DNA of 46,616 nucleotides from Macrostomum lignano (Eukaryota): NCBI GenBank assembly GCA_002269645.1, contig NIVC01004420.1, positions 1 to 46,616 of the forward strand, read 5' to 3'. Shown piece by piece: positions 8,941 to 26,028 of this stretch (position 1 is its first letter; each line of letters starts with the position of its first letter). The notes under the pieces were generated by a model. It saw only the letters and a program-made list of their open reading frames with translations, ran no database searches and was not told where the DNA came from. The position numbers and the translations under genes were made by a program.

Positions 8941-10484
8941 ACGGGAAGGGTGATCCGTTGGTAGGCCTTTGCTTCGCTGTTGCTGCCGCTAGCTGTGATG
9001 CTGCTGTTGTGGCATCTGCTGCCGGCTGCTTTTGCTGATGCGGCAGCAGCAGCTCTCACCCGCTTTATATACCCCGCGAGAGGGAAGGTGGGGTAAGGGG
9101 CACGAGAAGTGTGCGTGATTTTCTTTCCCAGGTCTATATTTATATATCTATATTAAATCTAGGGAGTATTTTCTAGATTGGTGTACGATTGTACACTCGG
9201 TTCCGCATTTGGTGAAGAAAGTTGGGGGTCGAAAATACCCTTTCTCATGCGGTATTTTATTGGATCTGAGTGGAGCCACTCAACCAGCATTCTCGCAGGA
9301 GGGAAAATTGCTGCTCCGTCAGAGTAAGAATAACAAGACAGCTTCCTTTTGCAGCATTTCTTTTCGACTTAAATCTGATAGAAAACGGTGTTTATTCAAA
9401 AGACAATACCTTGGCGGACCATGATAGCTAAATGGAGATGAAAAATATAAAAGAGACTTTCTGTAGTTATTCAAGGCCTGTCGGTCTCTGTTTGCGAGAA
9501 TGGTTGTCCAAAATTGCGTATCAATTTAATAACCTGGGAGAAATGGGACTTGTGTGCAAAGCATCTGATTGACAGAGGCTTGGGGAAGAGTAATAGTCGA
9601 TGAAAAGCTCTTGCCGTCTTCTAAAATATCCATCAAAGAGTAATATAGGTGACGGAGATCCCCTGTCGCAAGCCAAATCAGAGAGACGGAGTTTTCTACT
9701 TCTGTTTACGTAATGTTTGGGGATGCTTTCCTGTCACCAGGGGTTATAGGGACAGAGAGTCAGTTATGGTATTTAAGCGGTGGTAAAGAATTACCATGGT
9801 GAGGCTGGGGTAGGTGTTGTCCTCTCCATATTGGCGAAGATTAATAGTCCTGGCTTTTGAATATGGCTAGAATGTATAGCGGGGAATCGTTGAATTGAAG
9901 GGTGACTCAAATGCAAAGTATGCAACAACACCGATTCAGTGCATCTAAAAGAGGCTGTTAGGAGCTTTAGAACTGAGAATAACGTTTAAAATATCATCAA
10001 TGGCATGATTTAGTAATCGAAATCGATTGAAATGCTGAAATCTTTAAGTTTAATAGCAGACTGTGTTTTTAGCCCCAATTTTTAGTGTCTAGCTTCTTGG
10101 GGGCAATAAACATGCCTATTTGAATGATGAAACAGCATTTGTGATGATTTATTAGCTAAAATTATGATTTCTATTGATAAATGACGGATTTCGATTCATA
10201 AAGTAAGCATTTTATAACGTTAAAACGGAAAAATGAGGAAAACTTTTTTTTATGAAAAAATGGCCTTTCTAATAATTTAGTATCAATTAACCATTTCTTG
10301 GGCTGGGCTGGCTGGTGGACTTCCGTGTGGGATTTATTCCTGCTTCGAAGCCGCCTCAAGTAAAGTTGAAACGGCATTTGGACAAATTAGCTGTTGAAAT
10401 TATGGTTTCCAGTGATGAATTTACTGATTTTGATCAACAAAAGTTAACTTTTAATGGTAAAATTTAAAAAACTGTGGAAAACTC

Positions 10485-10938
10485 TAGGAAATTTTCGTCT
10501 ACTCCAAGAGAGAGAGAGAGAGAATGTACAGTACATAACTGGCTGCTGTTGTATAGAGGGTTTCAAATACAGCTGGGGACTGTCGTGTAGATTGGGGATT
10601 AATGTACATACATAGAAGTAGACACTGTACATATAGAAATTGTCCTAGAAGTAGATATGGGTTTAAAATGCAAGTACAGTATACAGTGTACATATAGAGG
10701 TACATTGGGGAAATTAGATAGGGATTAATGTACATGTAGACATAGAAGTAGACAATGTACATATAGGATTGGGAATAGATGGGGGTTACTGTGCATATGC
10801 AAGTACATATAGAAGTATGCTATGTGTACATATATCACGTTTTCATATACTACTTACTTCATTTTCAGATAGTAGTATAATTTGCGTTTTTGCGTAAAAT
10901 CTGCCTAAAAATCGACCACTTTACACGCGTTAAGTAGT
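10485..10938 (-). repeat. Right terminal inverted repeat
   Basis: TAGGAAATTTTCG...ATCGACCACTTTACACGCGTTAAGTAGT mirrors 635-1082. Homology stops sharply at the outer ends. Confidence 0.95.
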
Positions 10939-11324
10939 TACACAGCACTCCTCATGGTTTTTTCGCTCAGAAGCAGACTGAGCACTCGTTAGCGGTCTAA
11001 CAGTGCGAGCCGCCATAGACATGGTCGCTCTGTAATGCTTTTCCTTTCTGGAGTAATTTGACACCCCCATTGTTTAGCAATTTGACGATCATTATTCACA
11101 TTTTTAATGCAGAACAATCCATTACTACAAACAATGCATTGTCTGTAGAATCGTCAAACAGAAAAACAATGCAAAGACTCAGCGGTCGCAGTGCGTGACA
11201 ACGATTGTCTATGGCTCGCGTCTACCGGCGCTCGCCAGACAATCGTTATCACGCACTGGGACCGCTTATTATTTATCCATTGTTCGCTGATTTGTATCCA
11301 TCCCACTCACAGTGCGTATATATC

Positions 11325-11520
11325 TACTAGTGCCGTCGTCGCTTTTCACGAACCAGATTTCTTCTCTGGTACTCCATGCAGTCGGCATTTCCGATCGCAA
11401 GAAATTGCTGAGCTGGTCTCACGCGCTACCAGCATGTCGCGGATATCCCGCTGGAGGACTCCGCACCGCAGCGAAACACCCCCCCCCCCTCAAAGCAGCG
11501 ACCCTTCTCATAGCAGCTCC
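11325..11520 (+). repeat. Diverged inverted duplication, arm A part 2 (pairs with ~13630-13860)
   Basis: AACCAGATTTCTTCTCTGGTACTCCATGCAGTC...CACGCGCTACCAGCAT...GCGGATAT matches the reverse complement of ~13740-13845, and similarity continues through the poly-C tract. Confidence 0.85.
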
Positions 11521-11832
11521 CAGCAAAGCAAATGGCTGTTACAGTGTCTTCACAATGCACCCGAGAGCTTAGAGAAAACCGAGGTTATTGATCAAGCCAG
11601 CTCAGCCCCGTGTTGCTTCGGCATACTCAGCAATATGATTATGCAGTGGTGGCCAGTAGAGTCGCCACCATCGATTCAAAGGCGAGCGGCGCCACCCGCC
11701 ACCCCACGATCTGCGCTCCACCGCAGCAGCAAAGTGAGTTGAATTCCCTCATGATTTGCTTGCAGCTGGCTCTGGTGGAAACACTGGCGTGAACTGAGCC
11801 CTGCAGGGGTAGCTCTCCCTGTCCCTTATGTG

Positions 11833-11839
11833 TATATAA
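11833..11839 (+). promoter_or_regulatory. Candidate TATA box of the small peptide gene
   Basis: TATATAA about 95 nt upstream of ATG 11933. Confidence 0.4.
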
Positions 11840-11932
11840 TTGTTGTTAATATTTGCAACTCGGCAAATTACTTTCTGCTCAAGCTATACACCACACTTAG
11901 CAAGCCAAAGAAACTCAAACCCAAAAGCAGTC

Positions 11933-12303
11933 ATGCTGAACTACAAGCAAGTGCAAGCCTTTGTGGCCGCGATGCTCGTCCTGGCTATGACAGGTAAGAG
12001 AGACATCGATCAGTAGTTTATTGAGAATTTGGTAACTCATCAATTTGTCACTCATTATGGACTCTGAAAACATTTGCGTCCTTTTCAGCTGCCGCCATCG
12101 AGGTGCCGGCCGACGAAGCCGGAGATGAGGCCGACTACGCTAGGCGCAGATACCGCAGGTGCAGCGTCCTGTAAGCCGGAGGCGCCAATCAGCCCAGCGA
12201 TGTGCAGGCCAGTGAGGCCCGGCTCACTGACAGCTCTGACAGATCTTAATCGCTGCGGCAAAGCTTATTCTCGCTTTACTCTCTGGGTTGCAGGGAATGG
12301 TGA
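11933..12303 (+). CDS. Small secreted propeptide, 3 exons (11933-11993, 12089-12170, 12294-12303), 50 aa
   Basis: GT-AG introns (GTAAGA/TTTTCAG; GTAAGC/TTGCAG) join in phase to give MLNYKQVQAFVAAMLVLAMTAAAIEVPADEAGDEADYARRRYRRCSVLEW*. It has a hydrophobic signal-like N-terminus, and AATAAA at 12355-12360. Confidence 0.65.
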
Positions 12304-13629
12304 AGGCGTTGCTTGCTCTGTACATGTGGATTGTGGCTGCTGGCTTGGTGGGGAAATAAACTGAAGAAGCAGACAACTCAGGCACTCGATGCCTGATTCG
12401 GGAGTTCCGCTACCATCTTTTGGCAAATTAGTTTGTTATGGGTTGTCAGTTCTATCCTGATCGAGAGTGCAAGTACGAAATGATCCGCGAGCTTGGCAAG
12501 TGCAATGGATATTGTTATCAGAATCATCGACACCATGAGCATCCACATTTGTTTGGAGATTGTGCACAGAAAAGTTCGGCAAAGACATCTGCGGCTGAGC
12601 ACTGATCTTCGGATCCGCTTAACCCGCATTTTTAGTGACTAATTGTGCACTCAGTAGCGAATGGCTTTGTGGGCAACTCCGTATGATTGTAACACAACAC
12701 CTCAAACAGTGTCACAACATCACTGATAGGTGTGTATAACTCAACGGTTGCTAAACAGTGTCTTCATTTCCATGAAAATCCTCTGACTGTTAGATTATCA
12801 TTGTATAATGCTGTGGTATTAGATAGCAGCCTCGTAAGTTAAGCCATGCATCGAATGATCAAATATTTTAAAGTGTTTAGCACGCTAGCTACTCACAGCA
12901 GTAGGCAGTAGCATTTTCGGCGTTGCGTTTAATATATTTTGTAGTATATTGAATATTTTTTGCAGCACAACGTTATGAAATCTCGTTCGCAGTTATGAAA
13001 CTTTTATCGAGACATGCATCTGATTGCTCATATTACGAGCCCACATGCTCAGCGTGCATTGATTTTTTTACTTGACTGCGGAGATTAATTCAACTGAAAA
13101 TGAGAACGTTTTGACAGAAACAAATAATATGTTTAACTTTAATTCGATCATGAGATCACTTGTAAAAACAATATCAAATTACATCATGCAGGTGCACGAT
13201 TACGGTTGTCTATAAAATTGAGTTTTTCTGGAAGAGTTGCTGCTCCAGGTTTTGGCTGTTCTTTGACAATGATGCTCTGCAGGCAATCTATACAATATTC
13301 TTGCTGTCGATCATATATACATGCATTTAAATAATTGGCAAAATGCTTCTTCATTTACGAAGCGTGAAAAAGTTAAAAGATGCTGTAGCTATATCTGTCG
13401 AGATGGGCTTAAAAGCAAATAAGCAAGGGGGTTCCATAATAGTACATGTAAAGAAACTCTCGGTGGCTGCGTCTGAGTTCGGTTGCACCAAATAAGGTTC
13501 CTTAACGTCATTGCGACCGTCATGGCCTGAGTTAAGCACGGGTGAGTCGGGAGGAGTTCTTACTCCAGGTTCTAATTGCGGTCTCCTTGGCAATGCAAGC
13601 CCTGTTGCGGAGCAGATCAATGTACCGGG

Positions 13630-14187
13630 GTACAGGGTCGCTGCTGTGGAAGTCGCTGCCTTGCTTAAGGGGGGGGGGGTTGGTTCGTTCCGGTGCAGAG
13701 TTCGGTGTCGGGTGGTTTGTTGCCGAGCGGGTCCGCAGCCGTGGAATATCCGCGATATGCTGGTAGCGCGTGAAATCAGCTCAGCTATTCCTTGCGATCG
13801 TAAATGCGGACTGCATGGAGTACCAGAGAAGAAATCTGGTTTGTGAGAACTGACACCACACTGGTCTGAAACTGAAGAGCTGGATAATTTAAAGACTTCA
13901 CTGTGGAGTTCTAATTCAAAAGCTTGTTTAGTAATCCATGGCGTTTGCTTGAAATTGATTTAATATTTTTTTGAGTTGAGGGAACTTTATTCCTATTCAG
14001 TGGGAGCAAATTGGCTAATATTTTAAGTTGGGTAAAGCAATTATAAAAGGACTGAGCCTGCCACTCCGGATTCTCTCTATAGAACTCCCTGGTCGGCTGC
14101 CTCTTGCAGGACACGCTCGACCGCAGCCCCCCTCACCGGTCGCTAAAGAATGCCCAGTTAAAAAGCTGTAAAGCAGTCAGTCAACTT
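13630..14187 (-). repeat. Diverged inverted duplication, arm B
   Basis: Contains the homologues of 185-490 and 11325-11520 contiguously and in reverse orientation. Confidence 0.8.
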
Positions 14188-14784
14188 GCAGTCAACTTGA
14201 ATCGGTCTCTTGGCCCAGCATTGAGATGAATGTTGGAAAACACAGAACCGTCTGTAAATGTGAGGCTTGTGTCTCCGACTGCCCCCACCGACAGGTTTGT
14301 ATGTCCGAGCAACAAAAACCAGAAACTCCGTAAGACGAGAAGATCAGGGACAGCTGAAGCAGGCCGCTACACTTGAAATTTTGCTATTGTCGCTGCATGG
14401 CGGTTTTGCCTTCTGCAAAAGATGCATTGTCGAGTTGGAAGTTTGCCATCTTTTAGCACTCAATTGCCAATATCTGCTTTTGCTGTCCAGGAACATCTCA
14501 TCAGCTGCATGCGACTTCGACAAAATGTTTAGTAATGTGCTTTTAGTTTCAGTAAATTAACTCAGCAATAAGGATAATATGACCCCAGAGAGAAGTTGGG
14601 ACTTTTTAAGCAGCCAAGAATGCCTACACGGCCTATATCATGTCTAAACTATGCTAATGTGTTTACTGTTGTCATAAATTCATTAACATGTAAATTAAAG
14701 GTTCGTTTCTGATTACTCATACAGCAGTAGTATAAATCGAATTTTCTCTCACGAACTAGAAACTCACAGTAACGGAGCTACATA

Positions 14785-15330
14785 GCCAGCTACAGAGAGG
14801 GCGCCAACTACAGAGGGCGCCAGCTACAGAGAGGGCGCCAACTACAGAGGGGATGCCAACTACAGAGGGAGCGCCAACTACAGAGGGGATGCCAACTACA
14901 GAGGGGATGCCAACTACAGAGGGAGCGCCAACTACAGAGGGGATGCCAACTACAGAGGGGATGCCAACTACAGAGGGGATACCAACTACAGAGGGGATGC
15001 CAACTACAGAGGGGGCGCCAACTACAGAGGGGATGCCAACTACAGAGGGGGCGCCAACTACAGAGGGGATGCCAACTACAGAGGGGGCGCCAACTACAGA
15101 GGGGATGCCAACTACAGAGGGGATGCCAACTACAGAGGGGGCGCCAACTACAGAGGGGGCGCCAACTACAGAGGGGGCGCCAACTACAGAGGGGCGCCAG
15201 CAACAGAGGGGCGCCAGCAGCAGAGGGGGCGCCAGCAGCAGAGGGAGCGCCAGATACAGAGGGGCGCCAGAAACAGAGGGGCGCCAGATACAGGGGGGGG
15301 GGGGCGCCAGCTACAGAGGTGGCGCCAGAT
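14785..15330. repeat. 18-bp minisatellite (GCCAACTACAGAGGGGAT / ...GGGGC), about 30 copies, degenerate at the edges
   Basis: Direct tandem periodicity; source of the PTTEGM and PLCSWH ORFs. Confidence 0.95.
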
Positions 15331-15578
15331 GCAGAACGCACCATCATCACAATTTCGCATCATCAGGCAGGTGTACAAGTTCTCCGTGTGAGTCGCCCTA
15401 ATCGAGTCACCAATGAGTCAGCAGACTTGATTGAGACTGTGAGTGTTTCCGCTCTGATCGCCCTCTATCAGGCACTGCTCATCATCTCCCATTGGCTTCT
15501 ATTTGTAGATGGGATGATGAAAACTGCAGCAGTTGTGAGACTTCAAGTGGCCCGGCTCACATAGAGCGCACAGATGCT

Positions 15579-15585
15579 TATAAAA
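15579..15585 (+). promoter_or_regulatory. Candidate TATA box of the ZnT gene
   Basis: TATAAAA about 75 nt upstream of ATG 15658. Confidence 0.45.
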
Positions 15586-15657
15586 GCCTTCGCCAACCGG
15601 ATGCAACTGTTTCGCTGAGCAGCTGGTGGAGCTCCTCGCCCAACTCAATCCACAGCC

Positions 15658-21315
<5,658 letters not shown>

Positions 21316-21427
21316 TCTCCGGCTCACCTGAGCTCGAGAACTTCAAGGACGTCTTAATTAGAAACAGGGGTGTTTCTTAAATGATGAGAAAGTTTTTGTT
21401 TCTTAGAAAATACTTACTTCACTCTTT

Positions 21428-22015
21428 GTGGGGGGCCCTGTCTCTTGCTGGGGGGTGCCAGTATCTTGGTGGGGGCCCTGTCTCTTGTTGGGGGTGCCAG
21501 TCTCTTGTTGGGGGGGGGGTGCCAGTCTCTTGGTGGGGGGCCCTGTCTCTTGTTGGGGCGTGCCAGTCTCTTGTTGGGGGGGGGGGTGCCAGTCTCTTGG
21601 TGGGGGGCCCTGTCTCTTGTTGGGGGGTGCCAGTCTCTTGTTGGGGGTGCCAGTCTCTTGTTGGGGGGGCCCTGTCTCTTGTTGGGGGGTGCCAGTCTCT
21701 TGTTGGGGGGGGGGTGCCAGTCTCTTGGTGTGGGGGCCCTGTCTCTTGTTGGGGGGTGCCAGTCTCTTGTTGGGGGGTGCCAGTCTCTTGTTGGGGGGTG
21801 CCAGTCTCTTGTTGGGGGGGGGTGCCAGTCTCTTGGTGGGGGTGCCAGTCTCTTGTTGGGGGGTGCCAGTCTCTTGGTGGGGGGCCCTGTCTCTTGTTGG
21901 GGGCCCTGTCTCTTGTTGGGGGCCCTGTCTCTTGGTGGGGGTCCCTGTCTCTTGGTGGCCACCCCTGTCTCTTGATGGGGGTCCCTGTCTCTTGGTGGGC
22001 ACCCATGTCTTTTGG
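21428..22015 (+). repeat. G-run tandem array (~20-22-bp unit) just 3' of the ZnT stop
   Basis: G5-G10 runs alternate with CCCTGTCTCTT(G)TT or TGCCAGTCTCTT(G)TT. Confidence 0.9.
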
Positions 22016-22519
22016 GCCCGTGTATGTCAAGTCCAAGAGGTGACAAATGCTGATCACCTGTCGAGATTACGAGTTACCCCTTTGTTAGTCATTGGTAGAA
22101 GCGAAATTCGTGGTGTTTGGGGGGTGGGGGTCGGCCCCCTTAAATTTATGGGGAGCATGAGCATTCGATAAAGTAGCAGGGAAACTCCAAATTTAATTAA
22201 TCTCTTTTCACACATTAAATGAAAAAAATATTTTAACCATTTGAAACTTACAAAATTCGTCAAAGACATCACTGACCTGCAAGTCTGTCTTTAATCTTCA
22301 ATTGAATAATTTAACTGCTCTTGGTTTGTTTAGCAAAGCTCGCTCTAGTATTTAGCAATATCACACAGGTGCCAGCACTGGTTACCCGCTGTCTCCCTAA
22401 CTAATTCTAATTCAATAAAATTGATCAATCATAAAATGCAAAGCTCATCATCTGCGTCTCGGAGACTTTTTGTACTTACATGGGACAGACAAAGCTAACC
22501 TGCCTGCCGGTCTTTCCGT

Positions 22520-22522
22520 CTG

Positions 22523-22567
<45 letters not shown>

Positions 22568-22598
22568 TTCTGTCTGTCTTAGTGTCTGTCTGTCTTAG

Positions 22599-22647
<49 letters not shown>

Positions 22648-22754
22648 GACTGTCTGTCTGTCTGTCTGTATGTTAGTCTGTCTGTCTTAGTGTCTGTCTT
22701 AGTGTCTGTCTTAGTGTCTGTCTTAGTGTCTGTCTGACTGTCTTTCTGTCTGAC

Positions 22755-22803
<49 letters not shown>

Positions 22804-22834
22804 TTCTGTCTGTCTTAGTGTCTGTCTGTCTTAG

Positions 22835-22883
<49 letters not shown>

Positions 22884-22994
22884 GACTGTCTGTCTGTCTG
22901 TCTGTATGTTAGTCTGTCTGTCTTAGTGTCTGTCTTAGTGTCTGTCTTAGTGTCTGTCTTAGTGTCTGTCTGACTGTCTTTCTGTCTGTCTGTA

Positions 22995-23037
<43 letters not shown>

Positions 23038-23212
23038 ATGTTAGTCTGTCTGTCTGTCTGTCTTAGTGTCTGTCTGACTGTCTGTCTGTCTGTCTGTCAG
23101 TCTGTCTGACTGTCTGTCTGTCTGTCTGCCTGTCTGTCTGTCTGTCTGTATGTTAGTCTGTCTGTCTTAGTGTCTGTCTTAGTGTCTGTCTTAGTGTCTG
23201 TCTGACTGTCTT

Positions 23213-23243
<31 letters not shown>

Positions 23244-23318
23244 GACTGTCTGTCTGTCTGTCTGACTGTCTGTCTGTCTGTCTGTCTGTCTGTCTGACTG
23301 TCTGTCTGTCTGACTGAC

Positions 23319-23353
<35 letters not shown>

Positions 23354-23398
23354 ATGTTAGTCTGTCTGTCTTAGTGTCTGTCTTAGTGTCTGTCTTAG

Positions 23399-23431
<33 letters not shown>

Positions 23432-23475
23432 GACTGTCTGTCTTAGTGTCTGTCTGTCTGTCTGCCTGTCTGTAT
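22520..23475. repeat. Compound (TCTG)n microsatellite with TTAGTG interruptions
   Basis: Direct reading, ~950 bp. Confidence 0.95.
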
Positions 23476-24359
23476 TCCAGTTTTCCAGAATCTGAGGCAT
23501 AAAAACTCGAGAGAGAAAGTGCAATGTAGGAATTTTCGTTGCCACAGCAACAGCGTGCCAACAGATATGCGGTTATATCGCTAGTGCCGTTAGTGAGTAT
23601 AAATATATTTTATTGATTGTAACGCGAATACTAGATAAGAAGAAGAGGAAAAAGAAAATGTCAAACAGGAGCTGGGAATAGAAACAGAACAGACACTTCG
23701 GGGGCGAAGCGGAAACCGAAGCCCCTAGCCAGGGCGGTGTCTAAGCAGCAATGCGCAACTTTTAAATTCGTTTCTTAGAACAAAAGCGGCCGGGGAAATC
23801 GCAATAGAAAAAAGCGATAAAGGCGACAGAAAAATACTTATAATAATAAATAATGCAAAAAAACAATTTTTGTTTCAAAAACAAACTAACGGACAAAAAA
23901 GTTTGTTTAAAATGATAATGGCTGCTGAAAGTAGTAGGATGACCCGAAAATGTTTAACTAATTAGTAATTTAAGGAATTCTGGCGCAACACCGAAAGAAG
24001 GCAATAATTTGCTGGGAAGACATTTTACAGGTTTTCTTTTCCGATCTGCAATTTTCGGTTGCTATGGGTAGCCAATGTAAACAGTGCAGCGATCTAGGAA
24101 CTGCAGAGCCTTCAAACGAGACCTAGAAAATTTAGTAGCAGGAAATCTAGCAAACAAAAGCTACAGATCTGGCGCCCAGAAAAAGCTGCAGAAAAAGCAG
24201 GCGAAAGCGGAAGTTAAATGTAATCGGATATGCAGTTAACCATAAGCAAATCATGATTCCTGTGGGCCAGGTGAAATGTTTAATTACGGAACAAGTGGCA
24301 TACAGGCTGAATCAATTATTAATGGAAATGTTTTGACAAATTGACAAAGTTCAATATTA

Positions 24360-25058
24360 CCTATCCAACCCCAATTAGCCTAATAATTACACCTGCATTC
24401 CCAACCCCAATTAGCCTAATAATTACACCTGCATTCCCAACCTCAATTAGCCTAATAATTACACCTGCATTCCCAACCTCAATTAGCCTAATAATTACAC
24501 CTGCATTCCCAACCTCAATTAGCCTAATAATTACACCTGCATTCCCAACCCCAATTAGCCTAATGATTACACCTGCATTCCCAACCCCAATTAGCCTAAT
24601 GATTACACCTGCATTCCCAACCCCAATTAGCCTAATGATTACACCTGCATTCCCAACCTCAATTAGCCTAATAATTACACCTGCATTCCCAACCTCAATT
24701 AGCCTAATGATTACACCTGCATTTCCAACCTTAATTAGCCTAATAATTACACCTGCATTCCCAACCCCAATTAGCCTAATGATTACACCTGCATTTCCAA
24801 CCTTAATTAGCCTAATAATTACACCTGCATTCCCAACCTTAATTAGCCTAATAATTACACCTGCATTCCCAACCTTAATTAGCCTAATAATTACACCTGC
24901 ATTCCCAACCTTAATTAGCCTAATAATTACACCTGCATTCCCAACCTTAATTAGACTAATACTTGTAATTACACCTCTATTCTCAACCTCAATTAGCCTA
25001 ATAATTACACCTGCATTCCCCAAACATAATTAGCCTAATAATTACACCTGCATTCCAA
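24360..25058. repeat. 36-bp tandem repeat, about 19 copies
   Basis: ACACCTGCATTCCCAACCTCAATTAGCCTAATAATT units; begins ~110 bp past the stop of the KY-like gene. Confidence 0.95.
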
Positions 25059-25166
25059 ACCACATTGTATTTGAAAATAGCCTAATTAAACCTAAAAAAA
25101 GCAGCAATCTTGAGTTCACAAACGATAATGAGGAGCTCGATAGAACTATCGAGCTGCAGAGGGCAA

Positions 25167-25996
25167 TCAGGCGATCTGGTACTCCAGCAGGGTGCTGTAG
25201 TTGTCGGCCTGGCCGCCGAAGTTGGCGCACACTGACACGGTTTTGCCCGCCCCGAATCTGCCCAGCTGTGCCCGGCCGTGCCAGTCGCCGCTGCCCTCGG
25301 ACGACTCGGCCAGCTGAGTCCAGTCGTTCTGGCAGACCACCGCCACAGCGCGAGCTTTCGGCACGCGCAGGTCGAATGCCACATAGCCGTCTGGCGCGGC
25401 GGACGGCGCCAGGCGCCATCGGATTGGCTGGCGCAGCGCGCAGCCGTCCTTCCACTGGGCGAACTGCTGCGGAAACTGCAGCTCGGCCGCGTTGACCGCC
25501 TGGCGACCGGCGCCCGGGGTCACCAGGATGAGCAGCGAGTACAGATTGGGGAAATTCTCCCCCACCTGACCGGCGGGCATGCCGAACACCACCAGGCGGT
25601 GCCAGCCGGCTGAGGCCGGGCTCAGCGTGAAACTCGTGCGGTTCGGCTGGTCCGGGATGGCCTGCTGCAGCACGCTGTCACCGCTCTGCTGCTGCTGCTG
25701 CGTTGCGTCCAGGCGGTTCAGCTGCGAGGTCAGGCGGAGCTTCGGCCCGCGGGCCACGAATTCCACCACCAAGTCGCGGCCGGGCTCCGACAGGGTGCAC
25801 AGCGGATCGATTGGCGACACGCAGGCCAGGGACAGCTCCTGGGGATGATGGGGATTGGGATGCTGACTGACTGACTGACTGACTGACTGACTGACTGACT
25901 GACTGACTGAATGACTGACTGACTGACTGACTGACTGACTGACTGACTGACTGACTGACTGACTGACTGACTGACTGACTGACTCGAGTGAGTGGG

Positions 25997-26028
<32 letters not shown>

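Larger units (their letters stand above)
635..10938 (-). mobile_element. Decayed Polinton/Maverick-like element (long TIRs plus pPolB pseudogene) with nested insertions
   Basis: ~450-bp inverted repeats at both ends enclose a pPolB pseudogene. Termini are 5'-ACTACT...AGTAGT-3'. Flanks TACAACA (628-634) and TACACA (10939-10944) resemble a 6-bp TSD with a 1-nt indel. No integrase, capsid, ATPase or protease is recognisable. Confidence 0.8.

Noticed and set aside
2011-8953. Plus-strand ORFs across the pPolB and LINE regions
   Set aside because: They are antisense shadows of GC-rich minus-strand coding sequence with no motifs of their own.
12378-12629. 83-aa minus-strand ORF with a hydrophobic stretch
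   Set aside because: No recognisable family, splice context or supporting signals.
14853-15401. Mucin-like (PTTEGM)n ORF
   Set aside because: An 18-bp unit keeps frames open on both strands. There is no signal peptide, unique domain or convincing splice context.
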